Source: Thiotrichales bacterium
Lineage (GTDB): Bacteria; Pseudomonadota; Gammaproteobacteria; Thiomicrospirales; Thiomicrospiraceae
Length of the DNA: 64,000 bases
Direction of reading: 5' to 3'
NCBI GenBank assembly: GCA_016936535.1
Contig: JAFGXP010000045.1
Location: 425-64,424, forward strand
Part shown: positions 10,897-18,772 of the stretch, piece after piece
How positions within the stretch are numbered: the stretch's first letter is position 1
Layout of the letters: each line of letters opens with the position of its first letter
Program-made: the position numbers and the translations under genes
Notes under the pieces: model-generated
Told to the model about the DNA's origin: nothing
Seen by the model: only the letters and a program-made list of their open reading frames with translations
Databases searched by the model: none

Positions 10897-11508
10897 ATGG
10901 CTTTTACTCTACCGGATTTGCCCTATGCTTATGACGCTCTCGAAGTCTCAATTGATGCGCGTACTATGGAAATTCACCACACCAAACACCATCAGGCCTA
11001 TATCACCAACCTCAACAACGCCATCGCCGACACCGAAATGGCCGATCAATCTTTAGAATCCCTCATGCGCAATGCCGGCAGCCTTCCTGCTGCGGTGCGT
11101 AACAATGGAGGCGGTCACTGGAACCACGCCTTTTTCTGGGAAGTGATGAGTGGCGATAGCATGGGTGCACCAACCGGCGCGCTCGCGGATGACATTCAAG
11201 CCACCTTCGGTAGCTTTGACGAAATGAAAGCCAAATTTCAAACGGCTGGTGCGACCCGTTTTGGCTCAGGCTGGGCTTGGTTGAGCGTTTCTGCCGATGG
11301 CAAGTTGCAAATTTCTTCTACGCCAAATCAAGACAACCCCTTGATGGATGTTGCCGATGTTAAAGGCACGCCGATTCTCGGTCTAGACGTTTGGGAACAC
11401 GCCTATTACCTGCGTTACCAAAACCTTCGTCCGGCTTACATGCAAGCTTGGTGGGATGTGGTCAACTGGAATAAAGTTTCAGAACTCTATCAAGCCGCCA
11501 AAGCTTAA
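10897..11508 (+). CDS. sodA: Fe/Mn-family superoxide dismutase with Mn-type residues
   Basis: [16 protein letters not shown]..., HHTKHH and DVWEHAYYL are present. GGGHWNH and NQD give Gly/Gln placement typical of the Mn type; metal specificity is not proven. Start is at ATG 10897. Confidence 0.9.
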   Translation: MAFTLPDLPYAYDALEVSIDARTMEIHHTKHHQAYITNLNNAIADTEMADQSLESLMRNAGSLPAAVRNNGGGHWNHAFFWEVMSGDSMGAPTGALADDIQATFGSFDEMKAKFQTAGATRFGSGWAWLSVSADGKLQISSTPNQDNPLMDVADVKGTPILGLDVWEHAYYLRYQNLRPAYMQAWWDVVNWNKVSELYQAAKA

Positions 11509-11590
11509 GTTGCCGCCTATCCGCCAGCACCCTCTTGTTCAGTGGATGTCGGCACCCTTTTAGGCAGCACGCCGTGTCACTCCGACACTG

Positions 11591-11627
11591 ACAAAACCGG
11601 ACATTGCGCCGGTTTTGTATTTTTTTC
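11591..11627 (+). terminator. intrinsic terminator after sod
   Basis: Perfect 10-bp stem acaaaaccgg / ccggttttgt followed by atttttttc. Confidence 0.85.
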
Positions 11628-11724
11628 GATTCTTTTTCCTGTCAAAAATCCCAAAAGTCGCTTGGCAGTTACCTTTGCCATTTGTACAATCGATTTCCAC
11701 GCTTGCCGATATCAAGGATTTAGG

Positions 11725-12687
11725 ATGCCACAACTCCCCGAAACCATTTCCAGTTGGTTAACGCAAAATAAACAATACCCACATCACCTTCTGATTAATC
11801 TGCTGCTGCAAGCCAACTACACACCCGAAAACGCGGTTCTCTATTGCAAACTGTTTTTTGCCGAGGACTTTGCCGCAGATCCACACCAGGTACATCCTCC
11901 AGCACGACGCAGTGTTGAGCAAGCGCTCAGCTTAAGCCTTGCCGATTTTGTCCAAGTTTGCGCACCCAATCCAATGACCGAAACTACGCCACCGAAAGCA
12001 GACGATCTGCCCTCAGACTCCAAGCCCTTTTTTGCGCCAAACGGCGATTTTGGTCCGACCTTTCCCAATGCCCTACAAGCCGAAGGTGTGCGTTATCCCA
12101 TTACCGGTTTATGCCATAGACCACGCGCTTTTCAGGTATTGAATGTCTTAAGTGTTGAGGAGTGCCAACAACTGATTGCCGAAAGCCGACATCAGCTCCA
12201 GCCCTCAACGGTGGCAACCACCGATCAAGGGACCCAGCGCAGCGCGGTTCGCACCAGCTACGGAGCTCAATTGGCTAAGGCCGGCAGCCCATTGGTACGC
12301 AAAATTGAACAGAGACTCGCTCAGCTGTTTCACTTTCCCAGCACCCATGGAGAGCCCTTACAAATCTTAAAATATGCCATCGGCGCCGAATACAAACCCC
12401 ACCTGGACTACTTTGACCCCAAACTGTATCAAAACCAATACAGTGTGCCGCGCTGTGGCAATCGGGTGGCAACCATCATTCTATATCTTAACGAACCAGA
12501 GCTTGGTGGCAGTACAATCTTCCCTAAGGCTCAGCTTGACTTTATGCCGATTCAAGGCAGTGCCGTCTATTTTGACTACTGCAATGCCGAGGGCGAACTG
12601 GACCCAAAAAGTCTGCATGGCGGCACCCCCGTGCTAGCCGGCGAAAAATGGATTGCGACTCAATGGGTGCGTATGCAGCCTTGGTAA
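11725..12687 (+). CDS. 2OG-Fe(II) oxygenase, prolyl 4-hydroxylase (P4Hc) type
   Basis: The HxD...H triad (KPHLDYF, SLHGGTPV) and a C-terminal basic residue (KWIATQWVR) are present. Start is at ATG 11725 with SD aagga; the upstream part of the track ORF overlaps the sod terminator. Confidence 0.8.
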   Translation: MPQLPETISSWLTQNKQYPHHLLINLLLQANYTPENAVLYCKLFFAEDFAADPHQVHPPARRSVEQALSLSLADFVQVCAPNPMTETTPPKADDLPSDSKPFFAPNGDFGPTFPNALQAEGVRYPITGLCHRPRAFQVLNVLSVEECQQLIAESRHQLQPSTVATTDQGTQRSAVRTSYGAQLAKAGSPLVRKIEQRLAQLFHFPSTHGEPLQILKYAIGAEYKPHLDYFDPKLYQNQYSVPRCGNRVATIILYLNEPELGGSTIFPKAQLDFMPIQGSAVYFDYCNAEGELDPKSLHGGTPVLAGEKWIATQWVRMQPW

Positions 12688-12729
12688 CAAAACACACCCT
12701 TTCAACTTCATCTCCCTAAAAGGATTCTC

Positions 12730-13290
12730 ATGGCCAGTATTAGCCCTCCCGTTTGTGACTTCAATCAACCAGCAATCGACTTTGCCTTAACTGGCGTGGA
12801 TGGCAACCGCCACACCCTCGCCAGTGCTCGTGGTCCAAATGGACTTTTGGTGATGTTTATTTGCAACCACTGCCCTTATGTCAAAGCGATTCAAGCTCGT
12901 TTAGTTGAAGATACTCGGCAATTACGCGATGAATTTGGCGTTCACAGTATTGCCATCATGTCGAATGACGCGCACTATCGTGAAGAAGATTCGTTTGAAA
13001 ATATGCAAAAAATTGCTGAACAGTGGCAGTTCCCCTTTCCCTATATCTATGACGAAACGCAAGCAGTGGCCAAAGCTTATGGCGCGGTTTGTACACCGGA
13101 TTTTTTTGGTTATAACGCTGAGCTAAAACTGCAATATCGCGGGCGCTTAGACGCATCACGCAAGGAAACTGCACCCGCAGAGGTGCGCCGTGATTTATTT
13201 GAAGCCATGAAACAAGTCGCGCAAACTGGCCAAGGGCCTTCAGAGCAGATTCCGTCAATCGGCTGCTCGATCAAATGGAAGGCAGAATAA
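12730..13290 (+). CDS. thioredoxin-fold protein (AhpC/TSA-like thiol-disulfide oxidoreductase)
   Basis: CxxC motif CNHCPYV in a thioredoxin-like context (LLVMFICNHCPYV). Confidence 0.8.
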   Translation: MASISPPVCDFNQPAIDFALTGVDGNRHTLASARGPNGLLVMFICNHCPYVKAIQARLVEDTRQLRDEFGVHSIAIMSNDAHYREEDSFENMQKIAEQWQFPFPYIYDETQAVAKAYGAVCTPDFFGYNAELKLQYRGRLDASRKETAPAEVRRDLFEAMKQVAQTGQGPSEQIPSIGCSIKWKAE

Positions 13291-13384
13291 ATAAATGTAA
13301 AAACTTAACATCCGAGGCTGAGTAACATACAATGTGCAGCATTTAAATGCACTTTTTATGTTTTCACTACCTTAGGAGCAAACA

Positions 13385-14050
13385 ATGCGCTTGGTTTTTT
13401 CCCTTCCTGTTCTCATCGGGCTTATGGTATTGAGCGGCTGTCAGTCACCTAAAGAGGCCAGTAAAGAGAACTTCACCAAGGTTCTCAATGACTATCATCA
13501 GCGCAACTGCGTAATGCTCTCTTCTTATGACTTCCAAGATTTCCCCATTACCATTAAGTTGCTTCCAGTTCAAAATCGCTGGGCGAACAAACAAAATCCA
13601 GAAAGGACCGTACAATACGATGTTTTGGTGGATGCGGGCCTGTTGCAAGTAAAAGACGGCGAAACACAAGATTATGAAAATGCCTTTAGCCGCACTAAAA
13701 TTACGGTTCCGACCAAAACCTATCAATTGAGCGAAGCCGGTAGCAAAGCCTTTGCCCAACAAACAGGGAAAGGCGTCTTAAGCAGCGAAGGTAAAAGAGG
13801 TTTCTGTGCCGGCTATTACCACGTCACGGAAATCAGTAATTTCTCGGAACCTGCGGCGTCGATGGGCTATACCATCAGCAATGTCAACTATCGTACAGAC
13901 CTTGAAAAAGTCCAACCTTGGGCACGGAACGCGCGCTTGCTGGAAGCTTATCCTCATTTTGCCAAGGCACTGCAAAGCCCTCAATCGCAATTTAGTACCT
14001 TAGTGCTGATGAATGATGGCTGGGTTCACGAACGCGAAATGCGCCCATAA
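13385..14050 (+). CDS. lipoprotein of unknown function
   Basis: SD aggag and a lipobox (LMVLSGC) after a hydrophobic leader. I recognise no family. Confidence 0.7.
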   Translation: MRLVFSLPVLIGLMVLSGCQSPKEASKENFTKVLNDYHQRNCVMLSSYDFQDFPITIKLLPVQNRWANKQNPERTVQYDVLVDAGLLQVKDGETQDYENAFSRTKITVPTKTYQLSEAGSKAFAQQTGKGVLSSEGKRGFCAGYYHVTEISNFSEPAASMGYTISNVNYRTDLEKVQPWARNARLLEAYPHFAKALQSPQSQFSTLVLMNDGWVHEREMRP

Positions 14051-14100
14051 ACACAAGCTCAAACACAAGCTCAAACACAAGCGCAAACACAAGGTCACAC
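14049..14100. repeat. 12-bp tandem repeat, 4.3 copies (aaacacaagctc)
   Basis: Units start at 14049, 14061, 14073 (gcgc variant) and 14085 (ggtc variant), followed by acac. The array fills the whole spacer between the convergent stops at 14050 and 14095. Confidence 0.95.
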
Positions 14101-15249
14101 AGCGTTTCTTGCTCGCTGCGGCAGCAACAGCGGCAAGGCATTTTGTAACCAGTGGGCGAGCAGCTGCGGAGCTTCTGCCATCGCCTCGCGCTCATGCATC
14201 GGTTGGTTGACCAGACTGAACAGGGCGGTAAAAACCGGTAGAGTCTCGCGTTGAACCGCAAGGCTGCCGGCAACCCCGATGCATGGCACCTGATAGGTGG
14301 CAGCCAACTCGGCCATGCGCAGCGGCAATTTACCATAGGCCGTTTGGGCATCTATCCGCCCTTCACCGGTGAGTACCCAATCCACCGGCTCGCCATTTTT
14401 GGGTTGTAGGTAAGCGTCGAGTGGCAAATACGCGCGTAAGACTTCAAAACCCGAGACAATCTGTGCGTTGACAATACCAACCAATCCCGCTGCCATGCCT
14501 CCTGCCGCCCCAGCGCCCTCTAGGTGTGCGACCTTTCGTCCAGTTCGCTCGGCAATCGTCTGCGCCCAAAGTCGCATCCCTTCTTCTAAAATCGTAAATT
14601 GCTGCGTCTGCAGGCCTTTTTGTGGCCCAAAAATCGCCGTTGCCCCCATTTCACCCAACAGCGGGTTACGGACATCGACTGCCAACACCCACTCTACCTC
14701 TTGCAAAATCTGAGGAATCTGGCCAATGCGATCAAGAAAACGAAAACCCTGTCCCCCCAATAAAACCGGATCACCCGCAGAATCGAGTATCTCGACACCT
14801 AACGCTTGTAACGCACCCATTCCACCATCATTGGTCGCCGATCCGCCTAACCCCAGCACAATTTTCTTCGCGCCTAAATCTAAGGCGGCTTGCAGCAATT
14901 GACCCGTACCGTAACTGTGCGTCTGTAAGGGGTTGCGCTCGTCCAAACGAACTTTGTGCAAGCCACTGGCCTGTGCCATTTCAACAAAGGCCGTTTGGGT
15001 TGAAGCTTGCCACGCAAACGTGGCTTTGGTGCGCCGTCCAAGAGGGTCACTGACCCATACACTGTGCGCTTGCGCTAAACCGGCAACAATAAAAGCCTCG
15101 GCAAAGCCCTCCCCACCATCTGAGAGCGGTAATGCCATTACCTCCGTTTCGGGGGCATAAGCCAAAATCTGTTGCCGAGCAATTTGGCAAAACTGCACCG
15201 CACTGAGAGAACCCTTAAAACTGTCTGGCGCTAATAAAACTCTTGGCAT
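14095..15249 (-). CDS. glycerate kinase (GarK/GlxK family)
   Basis: N-terminus VLLAPDSFKGSLSA matches the family N-terminus (IAPDSFKESLSA). 384 aa. Confidence 0.9.
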   Translation of the reverse strand: MPRVLLAPDSFKGSLSAVQFCQIARQQILAYAPETEVMALPLSDGGEGFAEAFIVAGLAQAHSVWVSDPLGRRTKATFAWQASTQTAFVEMAQASGLHKVRLDERNPLQTHSYGTGQLLQAALDLGAKKIVLGLGGSATNDGGMGALQALGVEILDSAGDPVLLGGQGFRFLDRIGQIPQILQEVEWVLAVDVRNPLLGEMGATAIFGPQKGLQTQQFTILEEGMRLWAQTIAERTGRKVAHLEGAGAAGGMAAGLVGIVNAQIVSGFEVLRAYLPLDAYLQPKNGEPVDWVLTGEGRIDAQTAYGKLPLRMAELAATYQVPCIGVAGSLAVQRETLPVFTALFSLVNQPMHEREAMAEAPQLLAHWLQNALPLLLPQRARNAV

Positions 15250-15297
15250 ACCCGCTCCTTGTTTTTGATTGCAACGCAGATTTTAAAAGCCGCAAGG

Positions 15298-15315
15298 CTG
15301 TCATCAAACTGTTAT
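15298..15315 (+). promoter_or_regulatory. Pho box (PhoB binding site) candidate upstream of the btaA-like operon
   Basis: CTGTCAT-caaa-CTGTTAT against the consensus CTGTCAT-AWAW-CTGTCAY. Two weaker heptads follow in 11-bp phase (gcgTCAa at 15320, aatTCAc at 15331). The site is about 85 nt upstream of ATG 15400, in that gene's orientation. Confidence 0.55.
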
Positions 15316-15399
15316 CTAAGCGTCAACGCAAATTCACGCTGCAATCCAAGCACTTTTTTAAGATGAGAAGCGTTTTTATCTCATTCATCAAGGCCGTGT

Positions 15400-16656
15400 A
15401 TGAACAGCACCACTCTCGAAAAACCAATTAAAACCAAATCTCTGCTGAACAAAGCGGTTATCAATAGCTCCTTTTTCAGCCGTAAAGGCATTTTAGACCG
15501 TTTGTTTACCGCTTGGTTTGACCGCTTAGTCTATCCGCAGATTTGGGAAGATCCTGAAGTGGACATCGCCGCTCTCCAACTCAATGCTGATTCACACATT
15601 TTCACCATCTCTTCTGGGGGCTGCAATGCCCTAAACTACTTGAGCTGTCATCCGCAATCCATCACTGTGGTCGATTTAAACGAAGCGCACATTGCGTTGA
15701 TTCAGCTCAAGCTGGCGGCAGCACGTTTTTTGCCGGATTCGCAAAGCTTTTACGCCTTTTTTGGATACGCCAATCAGGCGAATAACTTGGCACTGTATCA
15801 ACGCTATCTCCAACCGCATTTAGACGCAAAGACCCGCGCCTATTGGGAACAGAAAACCGGTTGGCATCGCAAGCCACGGATTGCCCTCTTTACACAGGGA
15901 TTTTATCGCTTTGGTTTGCTGGGCCAATTTATCGGCCTCACCCACTGGGTGAGTAAGCGTTTAGGCTATGACCTTAGCGCAGTGATGCAAGCAAAAAATC
16001 TTGAAGAACAAGCGCAGCTCTTTGAGCAGCACATTGCCCCAGTCTTTGAAACGCGTCTGTTACGCTGGCTATGCAAACAGCCAATCGTGCTCTACAGTCT
16101 AGGGATTCCACCCTCGCAGTTTGCCGAAATGGCGCAAGACTCTCAACAGCAACAACAGGGAATGCACCAACTGCTTAAAGAGCGCGCTCGTAAATTGGCC
16201 TGCGACTTTCCATTACAAGAAAACTACTTTGCCTGGCAAGCTTTTGCTCGTCAGTATGATCACGTTGAGCGCTCTGCTGTGCCTCGTTATTTACAAGCCA
16301 AACACTTTGCTACCCTTCAGGCTGAAGTTAACAAAATCAGCGTGTTCCACCAGTCAATGACCGAGCGTTTGGCTGCTATGCCAAATCAAAGCCTGAACGC
16401 CTACTTATTACTGGATGCTCAAGATTGGATGGATGCTGGACAACTGAACGCTTTATGGCAGGAAATTGACCGTACTGCCAAACCAGGTGCACGAGTGGTA
16501 TTCCGAACCGCCGGCCGGCTTTCGCCTTTGGAAAGCAAACTCAGCGCCGAGCTCTTGGCAAACTGGCAAACCAATGCAGAAGCGAATGCACAATGGAGTG
16601 CGCAAGACCGTTCCGCCATCTATGGCGCGGTCTTTGCCTATCAAAAATGCGTTTAG
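15400..16656 (+). CDS. BtaA-like protein (DUF3419; family of SAM:diacylglycerol 3-amino-3-carboxypropyl transferase)
   Basis: Contains YPQIWEDPEVDIAAL and FTISSGGCNALNYL, the hallmark N-terminal region of the BtaA/DUF3419 family. Its 418 aa is similar to BtaA in length. Confidence 0.8.
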   Translation: MNSTTLEKPIKTKSLLNKAVINSSFFSRKGILDRLFTAWFDRLVYPQIWEDPEVDIAALQLNADSHIFTISSGGCNALNYLSCHPQSITVVDLNEAHIALIQLKLAAARFLPDSQSFYAFFGYANQANNLALYQRYLQPHLDAKTRAYWEQKTGWHRKPRIALFTQGFYRFGLLGQFIGLTHWVSKRLGYDLSAVMQAKNLEEQAQLFEQHIAPVFETRLLRWLCKQPIVLYSLGIPPSQFAEMAQDSQQQQQGMHQLLKERARKLACDFPLQENYFAWQAFARQYDHVERSAVPRYLQAKHFATLQAEVNKISVFHQSMTERLAAMPNQSLNAYLLLDAQDWMDAGQLNALWQEIDRTAKPGARVVFRTAGRLSPLESKLSAELLANWQTNAEANAQWSAQDRSAIYGAVFAYQKCV

Positions 16657-16667
16657 GTTTTGACACC

Positions 16668-17765
16668 ATGAGCCCAGAAGTGGTGCCAAATTACGCAAGC
16701 TTGCGCCTCGTGCATTTGTTTAATCAGTTTGCGCCTCGACAAGCCATCCGGAATTTGCAAACGGAGCTGGAACTATTCCAGCACAATGGCCGCTGGTTTC
16801 CGTTGACCCGCAATCAAACCGAATATGACAACAGTTACATTTGTTCGTTTTACACCGCTTATGTGGCTTATGCTCGCGCCGAGCTCAGTTTGATTCAACA
16901 ACCCTTACAACGCTGGGGCCTGCATAAAACCAGCTATTTAGCGGCTTTGATACTGCGTCTGGCACGGATTAATCAAACCGTTTGCTTGAACAATTGGTTG
17001 TTCTCTACCAACCCGATGCACTGGCTCAGTGCTGAAGAAATGCGTGAAATTAGTCAGCGTTTAGTACAGCAAAATCCGTTTCATAATTTGAGCATTCGCT
17101 CGCTGAACCGGCGTCACAATAGCGAATTCATGACCCATCTCGAACAACAAGGTTGGTTATTGATTCCGGCGCGCCAAGTCTATCTGTTTGCAAAAGATGG
17201 GGATTGGCAGACGCGCAACAATGTCAAAAATGACTGGCGCTTATTACGTAAAACGCAATTGCAGCTGCGTCACCCCCTTCAGCACCAAGCCGAAGACTTT
17301 ACCGTCATTGAACAGCGCTTTCGTCAACTATTCATTGATAAGCATTCCGCTTTTAACCCGCAATTCAGCGCCAATTATCTTTACGGATTACATGAACAAA
17401 AACTGTTGGAGTTTTTCAGTTTCTGTGATGCGCAAGGCCGCATTATGGCAACACTCGGTGTTTTTACGGAGAACGGCATTATGACCGCACCCATTGTCGG
17501 TTATGACACCGAAGCCCCTAAGCAGCTTGGCTTATACCGTCTCGTTATTGGCCAGCTGCTTAAACTGGCCGCTGAACGCAAATTAGAACTCAATTTAAGT
17601 GCCGGTGCCGGCGAATTTAAACGCAATCGCGGCGGCGAAGCCGTCATTGAATACAGTGCGTTTTACTGCCGCCATTTACCGTGGATGCAGCGTCAACTGC
17701 TCAGTGGCTTTGCCAAACTGCTTAATCGTTATGCCCCCAAAGTTTTTGCCGAGAATCCCTTATGA
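16668..17765 (+). CDS. GNAT-fold (FemAB/CelD-like, probably double-GNAT) acyl- or aminoacyl-transferase, function unknown
   Basis: The C-terminal block IVGYDTEAPKQLGLYRLVIGQLLKLAAERKLELNLSAGAGEFKRNRGG resembles Acetyltransf_6/FemAB-like domains; this is a by-eye judgement. Start is ATG 16668, 12 nt after the btaA-like stop. An alternative ATG at 16647 would overlap that gene by 10 nt. Confidence 0.6.
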   Translation: MSPEVVPNYASLRLVHLFNQFAPRQAIRNLQTELELFQHNGRWFPLTRNQTEYDNSYICSFYTAYVAYARAELSLIQQPLQRWGLHKTSYLAALILRLARINQTVCLNNWLFSTNPMHWLSAEEMREISQRLVQQNPFHNLSIRSLNRRHNSEFMTHLEQQGWLLIPARQVYLFAKDGDWQTRNNVKNDWRLLRKTQLQLRHPLQHQAEDFTVIEQRFRQLFIDKHSAFNPQFSANYLYGLHEQKLLEFFSFCDAQGRIMATLGVFTENGIMTAPIVGYDTEAPKQLGLYRLVIGQLLKLAAERKLELNLSAGAGEFKRNRGGEAVIEYSAFYCRHLPWMQRQLLSGFAKLLNRYAPKVFAENPL

Positions 17766-18700
17766 ACGCTGAAAACCCTCATGTCCTTGCGGCACTGCAC
17801 ACTTTGTCCGATCCGGAATGGCTCAATCAGACGCTACACGAAGAGTCCCACGCAAATCCACAGAGCGCCTATTTAAGCGATGAGACTCCGAAGCGTTACC
17901 GAACCCTTTGGATTTCTGACTGCCATCTTGGTTCAAAAGGCTGCAAAGCCGAGTTTCTGAGCGACTTTCTCAAACGCCATGATTGCGACAAACTGATCCT
18001 CAATGGCGATATTATTGATGGCTGGCGAATGCGCAAGAAGATTCATTGGCCGCAAAGCCATACCAATGTCATCCGAAGGATTCTGACGCGCGCCAAACGG
18101 GGTACTCAAGTGATTTACATTACCGGCAACCATGATGATTTATTACGCCGTTACTCGGGGATTGATTTTGGCAACATTCATTTAGTGGACGAACATCTGC
18201 ACATCACCGCTGATGGCAAAAAATTGTGGTGTGTGCACGGAGACCAATTTGATGGTGTGATTCAATGCCATCGCTGGTTAGCCTTTGTTGGCGATTTTCT
18301 TTACGAAACCGTTCTCACTTGGAATCGCTGGTTTAATAAGGCCCGTGCCCGCTTAGGATTTGGTTATTGGTCGCTGTCCGCCTATCTCAAACATCGCGTT
18401 AAACGCGCCGTTAACTTTATCTCTGACTTTGAACAGGCCGTCGCCAAAAGCGGCCGCCAGAAAAAAATGGACGGCGTGGTCTGCGGCCACATCCACCATG
18501 CGGAAATTCGCGAAATGGAGGGCGGTATTATGTATTACAACAGCGGTGACTGGGTTGAATCCTGTACCGCACTGGCTGAAGACTTTGACGGCCAAATTCA
18601 CCTGATTCGCTGGATAACCATCGACCATCAAACTCAAGCCGGCCATGAACCGCATTCCGAGCGTGCCCACCTCATTGAACCCCTGAAGGTTAAATCGTGA
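17762..18700 (+). CDS. LpxH-like calcineurin-type metallophosphoesterase, probably PlcP-type phospholipase C rather than true LpxH
   Basis: Motifs DCHLG, GDIIDGW, GNHD, HGDQFD, GHIHH and GDWVESCTA are present. The ATG overlaps the stop of the preceding gene (ATGA at 17762-17765). Confidence 0.8.
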   Translation: MNAENPHVLAALHTLSDPEWLNQTLHEESHANPQSAYLSDETPKRYRTLWISDCHLGSKGCKAEFLSDFLKRHDCDKLILNGDIIDGWRMRKKIHWPQSHTNVIRRILTRAKRGTQVIYITGNHDDLLRRYSGIDFGNIHLVDEHLHITADGKKLWCVHGDQFDGVIQCHRWLAFVGDFLYETVLTWNRWFNKARARLGFGYWSLSAYLKHRVKRAVNFISDFEQAVAKSGRQKKMDGVVCGHIHHAEIREMEGGIMYYNSGDWVESCTALAEDFDGQIHLIRWITIDHQTQAGHEPHSERAHLIEPLKVKS

Positions 18701-18726
18701 TTTCGCGCTTTTTTAGCGATTTGGGC

Positions 18727-18735
18727 TGGTAGAAT
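18727..18735 (+). promoter_or_regulatory. candidate extended -10 element for the exonuclease-hisI unit
   Basis: tggtagaat fits the TGnTAnAAT pattern, 38 nt upstream of ATG 18773. Confidence 0.3.
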
Positions 18736-18772
18736 AGTGCGCTTACATTCACTTCCATAGATCGCAATTTTC

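Noticed and set aside
14049-14100. Possibility that the tandem repeat is a CRISPR array
   Set aside because: The units are 12 bp and directly abutting, with no spacers. There are no cas genes in the window.
13992-14351. ORFs 13992..14351 (-) and 14013..14210 (+) that translate the 12-bp repeat as LVFELVFELVF or HKLKHKLKHK
   Set aside because: The periodic peptide is an artefact of translating the tandem repeat. Both ORFs overlap the well-supported glycerate kinase C-terminus or the spacer.
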